A stretch of 64,000 nucleotides of DNA from Eledone cirrhosa (lineage: Eukaryota). The notes beneath the pieces are model-generated. The model saw only the letters and a list, made by a program, of their open reading frames with translations, was not told the origin of the DNA and made no database searches. Position 1 is the stretch's first letter; each line of letters starts with the position of its first letter. Of the stretch, positions 39,922 to 54,391 are shown piece by piece. The stretch covers positions 105,400,001-105,464,000 of the forward strand of contig OZ024745.1 in NCBI GenBank assembly GCA_964016885.1, read 5' to 3'. Both the position numbers and the translations under genes were made by a program.

Positions 39922-42900
39922 TTTCATTTATTAGCCACACGGGCCGACATATAGGGGACAATACAAAAGACTGGGACAGTGGGGTTTTACAGAAAAATCG
40001 AGTAAACAATATGAATAAACAAAGTAACAATAACAAAGTAACAGTAAAGTAACAATAAAATTACAAGAAGAAAAAAATTCCCCAATAGTGGGGATGACCA
40101 CCTAGGGTTCGCTCAGGTACCCCACCAGTCCTGAACGACCCGACGCTTCGAGAGCACCCTGGAAGGGCACCCTTCTCTTCTTCAAATTTACCTACCTACA
40201 GCCGCATGACCAGAGTAGGCCCACTCACACGGGCCATTCTCGCCACATTCACCCACCTTTCAGCAAATGTACTGGGGGGCAGCACTTCTCTCTCCACCCT
40301 CACCTTCCTTTCCAAGTGAAACTTGAAAAAGTTGATGAGGCATTGGCCGAAGAGAAAAGTGTCTGCCTTCAGTCCTTTCAACCTCGTCCACCATACAACC
40401 TCTTTCGCTACTGCCACCAGACAGAGGAAAATTACCTGCCCTTCCTGGCCAAAAGAAGGCGGTGGGTCGATCTTCACTATGGACTCGGCCGATAGCTGGT
40501 TCCGTTCTACACGCGACAACAGCTGTTCAACATAACTCCACAAGTCAGTAATGCACGGACACTGGACGAGTGCGTGCAGAACGGTTTCGTCGCTCTGCGC
40601 GCATCTCGGGCAAGTCCGTTTGACAGCACTTCCGTGCCTGTAGAGTTTATCTCGAACCGGCAGTGCCCCCCCGGTAGCACTGCCAAGCGAGGGATTTTTG
40701 GAAATTATCCATCGTCCCCGGCTCGAAAGTCCTGCGGTACAGACTGGTTAGTTCGACTTCGTTGACTCCCAGAGCCTCTCCGAGTGTGTCGTCGCACTTG
40801 CCCACCACTAATCCTCTATAGAACTCGAGAGTGGAAGTTCCACTGACCGCATTGCCCGCCTGGTAGAGGGCAGTGAGTGCCTGGCAACATTCCAGATGCC
40901 AGTCACCCAGTCTCGGTCTCTTCTTGACCCAGGGCTGCAACTCAGTCAAAGAAACGAGCTGCGGAAAGGCTGGTCTGACAAACGGCGACCACACCTGTTC
41001 ACCGTTTAGGCAGAATATCTGGAGATGCCGCAGCCTCAGTGCGTGCCTGCGCATCATTAGCCTCGGCATGCCCAGCCCTCCACGTAGAGGGTGCTGGCAG
41101 CAGATGGACCGCCTCACCAGCGGAACCTGACCCCTTCACAAGAATTTGAAGAGGAGCCGCTCCAAGATGGCGAGGCGCGAACGGGGGCAAGGGACGACAG
41201 TCAGACGGTGACTTGCGCCTCATCCAGCCGACAAGGGCATCCTGAATCTCGGCTGAAGTAATTGGCCTTTCGCAGCGCCCAGCGGACAGCCGTCGAGAGT
41301 TGCGGCAAGCCATCGAGGTAGGGACTGAAGTCCGCCACCATCTCTGACCCGCCACTTCCTCCGAACAACCGAGCAAAATGTTGGCGAAAGGCTTCACACA
41401 TCCTCTTGGAATCGCTCATCTCGTGCCTGTCTCTATCCGTCAAAGACCGAATCGTGGTTTTATTACCACGCTGCGCCTCTGCCACGCGGGCCCATCGAAC
41501 AGCTTTGGTTCCCTCGTTTCTCAGAGCACGCGCCTTAGCTCTGACAATGCAACCTTCGTGTTTCGCATTGAAGAAATGGTCTAATGCCATTCTCGCCGCT
41601 AGCACGTCAGTTGCAATGCCACTACCAATAGCCTCGTCTAACTATCTACCAACTCCCCCTCCTTTCTATGTTTCTCTAACGCTCTTTCATTGCTAAACTC
41701 TATCGACATTACTCTAATCTCTCTTTTGAGAGCCCCCCACCCTCTATTGTTGACGACTCCCCCTGTCAACATTTTCTTAAATAAATTGTTGACCTGGTCC
41801 CTGTAAGCCTTACGTGCCGGAAATGACATGTTTAGCTTCCAGTAACCAGGTCCTAACCTACGCGTCTTATCTAGGTCGACCATACAGATCACAAACTTGT
41901 GATCTGAATAGGCGACCGTTTCAAAAGGTGGACAGCTTACACTATTTCTGTCTATTTTCCTAATGAATATCCTGTCTATAAACGATCTAGATGACCCTAT
42001 GCGGTTAGCCCAGGTCCACACTGGCGCATTAGAGAAATCTAGTCGGTACCTCTCAGACAGTTGGGACTGGCTGATCAGGTTCTTGAGGCTTTTGCAGCCT
42101 CCGCTCCTATCGGATGCTCCCACACAGTCCCAGCGTGCGTCTAAGATGCCGTGCCAGTCCCCCGCTAACAGTAAAGGGCGAGACGTACCCAGAAAGGCTT
42201 CCAGGCGTCTAAAGAAGTCTGGCCGTCCTGCCCCAGTAGGAGCATAGACGGCCACCAGTCTAAAGGCACCACCTTCGTTATTGTTCACGTCCAGGACCAC
42301 CAACTTCCGTCCGGGTCCCGGAAGATCGACCTTACCTCGAGATCCTGGCCTTTCCTAAACAGCACTGCCACCCCGCCTCCCATTCCCGGCCGGCTAACAG
42401 ATGCAAAGATCTGATAGTCGTCGAAAATGGGGGCTAGTGCGCGCGTGTCGGAAATCCTGGTCTCGCTGACTGCAATTACATCCATTTCTATAGACCTGGG
42501 GTCGTTGAGCAGGTGACCCTGCTTCCAGGACGATCCCAGGCCTCGAACATTTAAATATCCTACTCTTAATACGGTCATGTTGGCAGGTTAAACAGAGAGA
42601 GAGAGGAAGGTTTACTTACCTTCCGGACTCTTGTGAAGGTCGGGTTGTTCGACCTCCATAGTTGGTGGGGTTTCTTTTGGGAACTCCTTTAAAAGTCTTG
42701 AAGTGGGTTTTACGTTCGGGGTTCCCACGTCCCGAGGAAAGCTGTCTAGTATTTCTTTGAATATGTCGAGCGACATTCGCACCAGAACCAAATCTTCCGG
42801 CACGTGAAATGTACTCGATTTCAAAATTTCCCAGGAGTCATAGCGTGTTTCATAGCGAGGGCTTCTGACTTGAACAACACCGAAATGGTGCCGTACTGTC

Positions 42901-43740
42901 TGCCCCTCTCTATGTATTCGGTGTCTTCTCTGATGCACCTCAGCGCGACTTCGACATCTTCTTGTGGGATTAAAGCTGCTCTTTTGGTTTGTGCTGAGAT
43001 GCATCTATAATGCACCGTTCTGCGCTCCACTGCCTCAATAGCTTCTACCGGGACAGTTAAGTTGGCCCAGGTTTGCTCTTGCTTGATGAGCTTCCATGCC
43101 TGGGCCAAATTTTCATCTCTGTTTGAGAGGTCCATGTTGAAGCATGGCCTCTTTTTTGCTGCTGCCGCAGCGAAAGTGTTCTTCTTGTTTTCGTTGGGGT
43201 GTTGTTGGTGTTGTTGTTAGCACTGTCACTGTTATCATTGTTGTCTTTGTTGCCACCGTTGTTCTCGGTGCAGTTGTTATTGTTGCTGTTGGTGTTGTCG
43301 CTATTTGTTTTCATGTTAGTGGTGTTGATATTGTTGTTGTATTTGTTATTTTTCTTTTTGTTATCTGTATTTTCGTTGTCGCTGTTACTGTCATTTTTTT
43401 CAAAATTCTCATTGGTATCATTGGTGTCTTTGTTTACCTTGTTTGTGGTGGTGTTTGTGTTATCAATGTGTGTTAATTTCGTTGTAGCGCTCCTCTCAAC
43501 CTCTACGTCGTTGTCGCATGACAGCCGACATATCGCTGGGGGGCGTGGCTCAGCCATGTTCTTTTTTTCTTCGTAAATTTTTTAACATGTAAAAAAAGTT
43601 CAAATATTATACTTTCCCCTTCACGGGGCAAAGTCTAAGGGCTTATATCCCTTACACAACAAGAATTATTTAACAACAAATAATTTTAACAGGCAAATAA
43701 AGCGACTTACTGTGAGCGAGCAAAATAGTCCGCTTAGACC
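39921..43740 (-). mobile_element. Tx1/L1-like LINE: ORF1 + APE endonuclease + C-terminal part, RT core deleted; flanked by (AAT)n
   Basis: Asn-rich ORF1 from 43557; ORF2 from 42578: YLNVRGL, SETR, VYAP, AGD, IDRIF, SDH, GYWKLN; KSP then jumps to GGLGMP; Cys/His-containing C-terminal region; aataaa + (ATT)n tail. Confidence 0.85.
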
Positions 43741-44289
43741 AATAATAATAATAATAATAGACTGGGTTAGTGACTCGGTCAAACAGCTAACAACAACAAC
43801 AACACCAAAATAATTATGTTGTTATATCTCTAAACTCTCTCAAAATGTTTAGTTTAAACAATGTCAAATCTAAACTATAATATAATAATAATAATAAGTG
43901 CTTCTGCTTTTGGCACGGGGCCAGCAATTGTCCCGGTGTGTTGCAGGTGCTTTGTGGTGTCGGCCACGTAGGGATAAAAGGGAAAAAAATTATAGAAAAA
44001 ATTATAGAACAGAATACAGACAGAAGCAAACGCAACAACGTACACGGGTTTCAAAAGTTTTCAACACAACAACCTCTACTTCCCTTAGCAGCAGCAGCAA
44101 CAACAGCAACACTAGTAACCGATGTTACTGGCCTTGTAAAACGAAAAACGCAAAGGAGAAAAACAAATAAAAAAGGGAGAGAGAAAAAGGAAAGAAAAGC
44201 TAAGTCAGACATTCAAACATTACAATGAAACTTGTGTTTGTTTTTATTGTTTTTGTTTTTTGTTTTTTTTAAATCTATTTATGTTCGTC

Positions 44290-45900
44290 TACAGCGTGAC
44301 AGTGCCACACTAAAATCAGCGGGGGTGATGAAATCACCGGTAGTTATGTAACCATACATTCACCAATCTTCGATATGAGTGCTTAAATGTCGAACCTAAA
44401 CAGTTCGAATAACGGTGAAGTGGAGACTGGAATGTCATGTGACAGACTCTCACCCAGCAGGTGCTCCCTGGCCCAGCAGCAGGGACCTGGCTGTCATCCA
44501 AATCCTGCTGGTGTTGGAGGAAGAGGAAGAAGGAAAGGGACCAGAACCAATTGGGCGAAAGAAATGAATAGAGTTGTTATGCAATGTTACCTGAAGAGTA
44601 ACCCCAAGGAAAAAGGCTATAGGAAACGGATGCATAACATCTGGAACGAGATTGGTCTATTTAAATTAGATGAACAAGAATTGGCCGCGCAGGCTCGGGT
44701 AATAAGAACTAATGGGTGGATAAGCGAGATGGAACTGGAGGAACTGAGCAGAAAGATTAGGTTGGAAATGGAGAGTGGAGTATGCCAGGCAAACGAGCCA
44801 GTGGGAAATGAAAGTGAACAGGTTGAGAGACGGAGGAACCATCCGAAGCAGACAATGATCTGAATGCTGAAATAAATAATACCTGGAACAAAGATACAGC
44901 CATTGAGAAAATGAATGCTGACTGGCTAGGACAAGATTTGGTTGATATCCTAAATTTAGTGGTAGATGAAATGAACAATGATAGTGGGAAACCTATGAAC
45001 CTAAGATTTGTAGACAAGAAAAAGTTAAAAGAAACAACAGCTAAGGTAAACAAAGTCATCCCATACCTTGAGGCGAGGGCCTTCACCAGTGCAATAATAT
45101 CCTCAAAGCAACAGCAAATGCGGTGAGGAAATTACTTGGCATAAAAGCGAGAGGAAACAACAAACAAGAAAGATCAGAACCTGGTGGAAGAAACGACTGA
45201 ATGGTCAAATCAGGGAAATGAGAAATGACATTGGAAAGCTTGAATGGGAGACTAAAAAAACATAGACACTAAAAATAGACTGGAAATAAAGTACAAAACT
45301 AGGAGGAAAAAGCTAAATATTATCATAGAGGAACTGAAGCAACGCATTGTAGCAAAGAGTGCAAAAATTAGGCGATTCGAGAGCAGAGTCAGACAGTATA
45401 GACAGAACCGCATGTTTGACAACAACCAGAAGATGTTGTTCGGACAGCTTGAAGGGAAAGAAAGAGGCAACGACTTGATCCCTGAGGCAGAACAAACTAA
45501 GACATTCTGGAGAGAAATATGGGAGCAGGATGTTAAACATAATGACCAGGCAGTGTGGATTGAGACAGTACAAAAGTAGATTAGTGAACAGGCACACCAA
45601 CAAACTGATTTGAGTATCACAGTTGAAACTCTTAAGGGGCAGGCCAAAAAACTAACCAACTAAAAATGACCAGGCCCAGATGGTGTGCAGGGGTATTGGA
45701 TTAAAATTATAACATCCCTCCACCCGAAACTGACAACCATGTTCAATGACTGCTTGATGTCAGGTGAGGTAGCAGAGTGGTTGACAAAAGGTACCACAGT
45801 TCTGGTAATGAAAGACCGAGTTACCAACTATAGACCTATCACATGTCTGTCCGTAATGTGGAAACTGTTGACAAGCATTGTGTCTGAGGAAATCTACCAT
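44290..45900 (+). pseudogene. 5' part of an R4/Dong-like LINE (stops and frameshifts)
   Basis: RTNW...VMQCY...GYRKRMHNIW; PWWKKRL; EELKQRIVAKSAKIRRFE; PGPDGVQGYWIK; NYRPITCLSVMWKLL. Confidence 0.85.
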
Positions 45901-46039
45901 CAAAAATATGTTAAATATTTCATGGCCCTTGGTCAATGTTAGAAATCTTTATTATCAAGTCAGGTAGTACGGTCGATTGTCACTATCGGTAAAGCTTTGG
46001 ACAAGATCCTTCGCGGTGTAGAGTTACGACGACTTCACG

Positions 46040-46137
46040 GTGAGGTTAACTTTGCCTTTCATCCTTACTGGGTCGATAAAATAAAGTATCAGTAACGCAC
46101 AGGGGTCGATTTAATCGAAAAGTAGAAACAATTATTA
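46040..46137 (+). mobile_element. SINE 3' fragment
   Basis: gaggttaactttgcctttcatcc...agtagaaacaattatt. Confidence 0.75.
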
Positions 46138-46737
46138 TGAGAAGTGTACAGTGTTGTGATGTTGAAATCCGACTGGAGCTAGTTTTGTCCTATATCATAT
46201 GAAATATAAAAAGCTAATACGTAACTATATTCCTCTTTCTTATTTACTCGTTTTATGTGAAATAAACGAAAATCCTATAAATCTGTGGCTGAGATTCTCT
46301 GTTTGCAATCAGTATATTAATGAACCAGGGCTAACAGAATTATTTACATTGTGCTGTTCAGTTAAAATAGGTTTCACCGGTCTTTCTGGGTTTCTGTTTA
46401 ATTATTGATATATCTATATACTATGAAATGTATAAACAAATTTGTAACTCTCTTGGTCACCCCCTCTGTCAATCTCTGTCCCTCTTTCTCTTTGTCCTTC
46501 TCTCTCCACATATATCCTCCTCCATATATATATATATATATATATATAAATGTGTGTGTGTGTGTAGGTGGGTATCCGTATGTATTGAGTGTACATAAAC
46601 GAAATCTATATATCAATATTTATCTAAGTTGGAAGGTGGGCAGATATTAGAATTAGCAGCATACAGAACAAAATGCTTGCAGGCTCAACTTGATTTGGCT
46701 TCTTTCACCTCATTTTTGGGTTATCCAAAATACATAC

Positions 46738-47125
<388 letters not shown>

Positions 47126-48199
47126 GTAATCAGTCGCTAACTAGGGTAGATTTATTTGACCATACTTCCTCACCGCTCAGGTAATATGTATCTTATTTAC
47201 TATGTTAGAAATGGTTAAACTGGAAGCTGAGAATGTAGCATATAAGAATGAAAGCGTAAAGGAAATATAAAAAAAGAAAGAGATTACATGTGAAGAAAGA
47301 AGACAAAGTTAAGTAAGAAGAAATGAAGAAATTCAATTTCCTTTGATAAACGATAAAAATACAAACAATAATAAGAAAAGCAAATAAATACTTTTTTTTA
47401 CTTCTTTGTCAATAAAATAATGTATGATTCAATGAAATAGAATAAACAGATAGAAAATAACAACAAAGTTTAACAACAAATAAACGTAAATAAATTGTGA
47501 AATACAAGCCATATTTATTTAATATGGACAGTATTAATGTTATATCTTTGAAAAGTTTATTGTCTGATGTTTCTTTTTTATTTTCTACACAGTGGACGAC
47601 TAACCATATCATACGGTCGACTAGGTTTTTAATAAAATTTGCTAAACTTGCAATTTTGGACCCCCCCCCCCCCAACCCGCCTCCAAACAAATGTAGCGCA
47701 CAAAATGAAGACTACTTGTTGACTATGCAGAAGGTTCCCTTTTCGGAGATGATGGATGGTCCATACTTAATTCAGTCGAAGGAAAGAGAATAATGGGACT
47801 TTTGTTATAATAGAGATGGATGAGACCATAGCGCTATGTCGAACCAGGTGGTATATTAAATCAGAAACGTTGTTGTAAAGTGCAGAGAACACTGGTGTTT
47901 GGACTGTTACATCCACACATACATAAGTGCATATACACTTACATAGACGAATATACGAACACACGAATAGTCACACTGAGACACAGATATTAAAACACAC
48001 ACACGCACTCACACACATATATAAAGCAAACACATGTATCTACAAATGTGAGATTTATATCCGTAAAAATTACCCTAGGTAAATCAGAAACGAACATAAT
48101 TTGAAACAGGAATGATGTATTCTCTGGATCTGTGGCTCAAGTGTATTTGGGAATAGGCGAGTGAATAACCTTTGACAGAGAGCTAGCAATTTTGATTAA

Positions 48200-48500
48200 A
48201 TAGAACCCAGTGCGTTACTGGTATTTTATCTTATTGAACCCGCAATGATGAAAGGCAAAGGTAACCTCGATGCGACTTGAACTCAGATCTGCCAATCCAC
48301 CGCCCTTATAGTAAATAATTGTTTCTACTTTTGGCACAAGGCCAGCAATTATTCCAGTACATTACTGGTGCTTTATTTTATCGACCGCGCAAGGATGAAA
48401 GTCAAAGTTAACCTTGGTGGCGTTTGGACTCAGATCGTAAAGGGGCGTAACTCTATGCTGCAAAGCATGGCGTCCGACCCTCTACCGATACTGCCAATCC
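48200..48500 (-). mobile_element. Two adjacent SINE copies (48200-48303, 48315-48500)
   Basis: Match to the SINE core and head. Confidence 0.8.
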
Positions 48501-49392
48501 AAATGACAACTATCTTTAGTTTAAAAATAAAAGTACATATTAGGAAACTATCCTGGGTCTGTATATATAACTGGGAATTACGCACGTGGTGAGGTAATGT
48601 TGATAAAACTATTCTAAATATGCACTTTAAATACGAATATAATATCCCCAAACAGAGCATTGGATGACCAGAGTTAGAAGAAAGACGAATAAAATACCGT
48701 TCAGTATTTAGTTTCGACTATTTTGTACAAGCTAATATGACTGACTAAGTAAAATGCTGTTGGGTGAATTTTTTTTTTATCAATGCGTATTAAACAAATG
48801 TTATTTACTATCGCCTCGAGTCCACCCAAGCATTGTGATGGAAACTGTAGAAAAGTTCACTGGGTGGATTGAACATACAATTAGAAAAATTCAGCTTTGT
48901 TAGATATTATGCCACGCTGATTCGTATTGGGGAGTACAGATGTCTATGGAAATACCTAGTCATTTACACGCGTATTTAATGAGTAGGCCGATCAGTTGAT
49001 CACACAACTGAATGCTCATCGTCGAAACGGACTGAGGATCAAATACAACTCTCTCCGTTTTGAGTTAAACACCCACTAGCGTTGTCTTTGACTTTCATCT
49101 TTTCGAGCTCGTTAAAGTAAGTAGTAATCAAGTATTGGGGACGACATCACGCGCATTTAACATCACAGCTGAAAACGCCAAGTGGATTTGTCAGTGTGAA
49201 GAGTCTGGCGGATTGGTAGTTTTATAGACTAAAAGTATGATTAAAGCCATATATCATAGTTTTACGATGTGTTTCCAAGTGAATCGCCCAAAATACAATC
49301 AGATTAAAGACCAGTTGAATACGGTCGATTTAGATACAATGGCAGTTATTATTCAATATAAATTCTCAAATGTATATACCCATTAAGTATGT

Positions 49393-49439
<47 letters not shown>

Positions 49440-49466
49440 TATAGGTATAGGCGCACTTATCTACCC

Positions 49467-49568
<102 letters not shown>

Positions 49569-49585
49569 TTATTTATATATATATA

Positions 49586-49625
<40 letters not shown>

Positions 49626-49700
49626 AGGGTAAATATTGATGCAATTCAATTCAAGCACTCAACGTACTTTTTCCACATAGGAGTGACGGAGTAAATATCG

Positions 49701-50123
49701 AATAAGTAAAAGCGAAGTAGTTTCAGATGTTCAAGTCCTTTAATAATAATGCTGTGATATAAATTTCAATGACGACACTGGCCACACTATTCTGTGTGCG
49801 AGTGTCGTGACATCATCAGATGATGTCACGACACTCGCACACAGAACATATGCAGGTAATATTATAGGTAATACATATGCAGGTAATATTATATTACTCG
49901 GTGGATTGGCAGTATCGGTAGAGGGTCGGACGCCATGCTTTCCAGCATAGTTACGTCCCTTTACGATCTGAGTTCAAATCCCGCCGAGGTTGACTTTGCC
50001 TTTCATCCTTACAGGGTCGATAAAATAAAGTACCAGTAATGAACTGGGTAATTGCTGGCCTTGTGCCTAAAGTAGAAACAATTATTAAAGGACTTGAACA
50101 TCTGAAACTACTTCGCTTTTACT

Positions 50124-50127
<4 letters not shown>
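49701..50127. other. Fold-back structure containing a young SINE (49899-50085, plus)
   Basis: Outer arms 49701-49747 / 50081-50127; inner hairpin 49790-49846. Confidence 0.88.
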
Positions 50128-50173
<46 letters not shown>

Positions 50174-50390
50174 GTTCATTCGGTTTATTTATCGGTTATT
50201 TCCTCTATCTCATAATTCTTTAATATCATGTAAATTACTGGCTAAAAATGTGTTAGCCTTTTTTCTATGTGTAAAAATCTATTTAATTGATCTGGTGGGT
50301 TATGCTGAATAGAGTGTGCTGAAGAGGCTCATAAGACTAAAACATATGTAGTGCTGTTTGCTTTACATGTGAGAATATTGTTTTTAAGTA

Positions 50391-50560
50391 CCGTATTTCC
50401 CGGCATCGGAGACGCTACTTTTTTCCTAAAATAAGTCTCCAAAAGTTACCATGCGGCCTGGATGCCGAAGCATGTTTATTGTTTTTTCTTTCAAATTTGT
50501 GGTTGTCAAGATTAGGGTGCGTTGTCGAGGATGAAGCGTCTTCGGCGCCGGGAAATATGG
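50391..50560. mobile_element. 170-bp MITE, Tc1/mariner superfamily (Tc2/pogo-like TIR)
   Basis: TA|CCGTATTTCCCGGCATCGGAGACGC...GCGTCTTCGGCGCCGGGAAATATGG|TA. Confidence 0.85.
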
Positions 50561-50743
50561 TAATTTTTTTAATCCCTAGTGAATAACTAATGATTGATCA
50601 TAGCCTTTTGCTTTCTTTCGCCATCAAAGAAGCAAATATTTTTTTCCATACGTCATTCAGTGCATAAACCCTACATACATTATCCGCATAAACACACACA
50701 CACAACACACACACTCACACACACACACACACACACACGCACA

Positions 50744-50816
<73 letters not shown>

Positions 50817-50829
50817 GTGAGGATAGTAA

Positions 50830-51209
<380 letters not shown>

Positions 51210-51700
51210 TTGATGGCTGTCCACTTGATAAACAATTATGGACATCTCCGAACATTAAGAATAATTATTTATCAACAATGCCCGTGCAAAATGTAAGTCG
51301 AGAATAGATTTTACAGAATACGAATTACTCACTATCAAATAAGTGTTAAAAAACAAGCAGACGCACATATCTCTCGCTGGAAGATTGCCTTGTTTTATAT
51401 TAAAGACATCTCCTAGAGACATTCTTCAACGAAAGCTAAGAGCTGCCGCACTACACGTGGTCACACATAGTTCCAGACACTTACACTTTTGCTAGATAGT
51501 CAGTACCCCTATTCTAGGTTCATCCCTCTGGTTTGTGTTCTGTTTGGTTTCAAGCAGGACTTTTCAAGTATCTACTCTAAAAGGGGTTCTAGTTTGATTA
51601 CCTAAGTCCTGTAGGACGTATGAGGCCCTGTACTACTTAAGTTATGAGGCCCCGTACTAGGGTCTTGAAGGAGGTAGGCCTAGTAGGCCCGGTAGGCTTA

Positions 51701-52732
51701 CCCAGTCAGTCATCAGGAATAGAGGCCTCCGTGGCCAACGAGGCCCTTCGCTTAAGCACACCTAAGCCTGGTAGACCCGGTAGATTTACCCAGTCAGTCA
51801 TCAGGAATAGAGGCCTCCGTGGCCAACGAGGCCCTTCGCTTAAGCACACCTAAGCCTGGTAGACCCGGTAGATTTACCCAGTCAGTCATCAGGAATAGAG
51901 GTCTCCGTGGCCAACGAGGCCCTTCGCTTAAGCACACCTAAGCCTGGTAGACCCGGTAGATTTACCCAGTCAGTCATCAGGAATAGAGGCCTCCGTGGCC
52001 AACGGGACCCTTGGCTTAAGCACACCTAAGCCTGGTAGACCCGGTAGATTTACCCAGTCAGTCATCAGGAATAGAGGCCTCCGTGGCCAACGAGGCCCTT
52101 CGCTTAAGCACACCTAAGCCTGGTAGACCCGGTAGATTTACCCAGTCAGTCATCAGGAATAGAGGCCTCCGTGGCCAACGAGGCCCTTCGCTTAAGCACA
52201 CCTAAGCCTGGTAGACCCGGTAGATTTACCCAGTCAGTCATCAGGAATAGAGGTCTCCGTGGCCAACGAGGCCCTTCGCTTAAGCACACCTAAGCCTGGT
52301 AGACCCGGTAGATTTACCCAGTCAGTCATCAGGAATAGAGGCCTCCGTGGCCAACGAGGCCCTTCGCTTAAGCACACCTAAGCCTGGTAGACCCGGTAGA
52401 TTTACCCAGTCAGTCATCAGGAATAGAGGTCTCCGTGGCCAACGAGGCCCTTCGCTTAAGCACACCTAAGCCTGGTAGACCCGGTAGATTTACCCAGTCA
52501 GTCATCAGGAATAGAGGCCTCCGTGGCCAACGAGGCCCTTCGCTTAAGCACACCTAAGCCTGGTAGACCCGGTAGATTTACCCAGTCAGTCATCAGGAAT
52601 AGAGGTCTCCGTGGCCAACGAGGCCCTTCGCTTAAGCACACCTAAGCCTGGTAGACCCGGTAGATTTACCCAGTCAGTCATCAGGAATAGAGGTCTCCGT
52701 GGCCAACGAGCTTGGCTTAAGCACACCTAAGC
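51701..52732. repeat. GC-balanced minisatellite, 88-bp unit x ~12
   Basis: Unit cccagtcagtcatcaggaatagaggcctccgtggccaacgaggcccttcgcttaagcacacctaagcctggtagacccggtagattta; starts at 51701+88n up to 52669. Confidence 0.97.
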
Positions 52733-53081
52733 ACACTGGTAAATAAGGCACTAGTCCTTTCTTTCTGAATTCTTTACGTGTTTTAGTTACTTTTATATCC
52801 TCTTACATTGATGTAATAAGTGATAAATGTTATAAATATCATTATAAATGTTATTATCACTGATATTCTATACTCCAGGCAATTTCTTTTAAAATTATTC
52901 TAAGAGACTATATCAGTTCGGTAACTAAATATATGATACCAAATGTAGTTTATTGTTGTGTGTATGCTAGCAAAATATCTTGTATGTATAACTGACTTAT
53001 CACCCTATGCTTATGTGCTTAGATTGGTGAATCTATACGTACAACATTGCCAGATTATATTCATCTCCTTCTTTCTCACCC

Positions 53082-53141
<60 letters not shown>

Positions 53142-53247
53142 ATAAATATATATATATACGTACACACACACATATATATATATATACACACATATATATA
53201 TATATATATATGCACGCACCTATATACATGCATATATACAAGCACAA

Positions 53248-53283
<36 letters not shown>

Positions 53284-53338
53284 CTGTACACACACATACA
53301 CACATACATACATATATACATCCATACATATATATGAT

Positions 53339-53386
<48 letters not shown>

Positions 53387-53423
53387 GTACGCACCTATAT
53401 ACATATATATATATATATACAAG

Positions 53424-53503
<80 letters not shown>

Positions 53504-53549
53504 CACACACACACACATACATACATATATACATCCATACATATATATG

Positions 53550-53585
<36 letters not shown>

Positions 53586-53885
53586 ACACACACATATATA
53601 TATATATATACATAACTGTATGTACGAGTCTGTCCGCTTATACGAAGTTTTCGTTATGTTTGTTATTATGCATGACACAATCTTTTTGCTAATAGCAACG
53701 AAGGAGTAACTTGTTACAGCGGTTATGTAGATTTATCTCAGTATAGAGTCTCCTGTATATATTAAATCATACCACATTACAATGCATTAACGATATTTCA
53801 ATTTTCATTAAAAAATTGTTTCATCTTTGTAGGTTTTGCTCTCACTTTCTTCTTTTAGTTCTGTTTACACACATACACAGATACA

Positions 53886-53928
<43 letters not shown>

Positions 53929-54010
53929 ACACACACGTAGACGCGTACCCCCCCCTCACATACACGCACACAAACGCTCAGAACAAAACAAACACACATA
54001 CACACACACA

Positions 54011-54072
<62 letters not shown>

Positions 54073-54150
54073 TATAAACCACAAATCTATATGTATGTAT
54101 GTATGTATGTATGTAGCTCAGAACAAAACAAACACACATACACACACTTA

Positions 54151-54181
<31 letters not shown>

Positions 54182-54189
<8 letters not shown>

Positions 54190-54267
54190 ATACTTTGGGA
54201 GGGTCATGTTGCCAATAAGAAACACACGCACTTATTGCAACATGACCCTCCCAAAGTATAACAATAT
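54182..54267. repeat. Fold-back hairpin abutting (TA)n
   Basis: Arms 54182-54219 / 54231-54267; ttgggagggtcat motif also present beside the small fold-back at 20397-20505. Confidence 0.85.
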
Positions 54268-54346
54268 CGGTTTCAACACACGATTTCAGATAAAGAATCT
54301 TGCTAAACAAATTCAGAAACGAAATATATATATATATATATATATA

Positions 54347-54359
54347 TAAACCACAAATC

Positions 54360-54391
<32 letters not shown>

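Noticed and set aside
50311-50356. CUGAAGA...AAAACAUAUGUA hammerhead-like motif
   Set aside because: GAAA mutated and stems I and II do not pair convincingly; at best a decayed relic
51701-52732. CRISPR array or hammerhead satellite
   Set aside because: Units are contiguous with no unique spacers; the hammerhead reading needs GAAA (here GAAG) and a stem I (only UAUUC available), and the common variant disrupts the minus-strand stem
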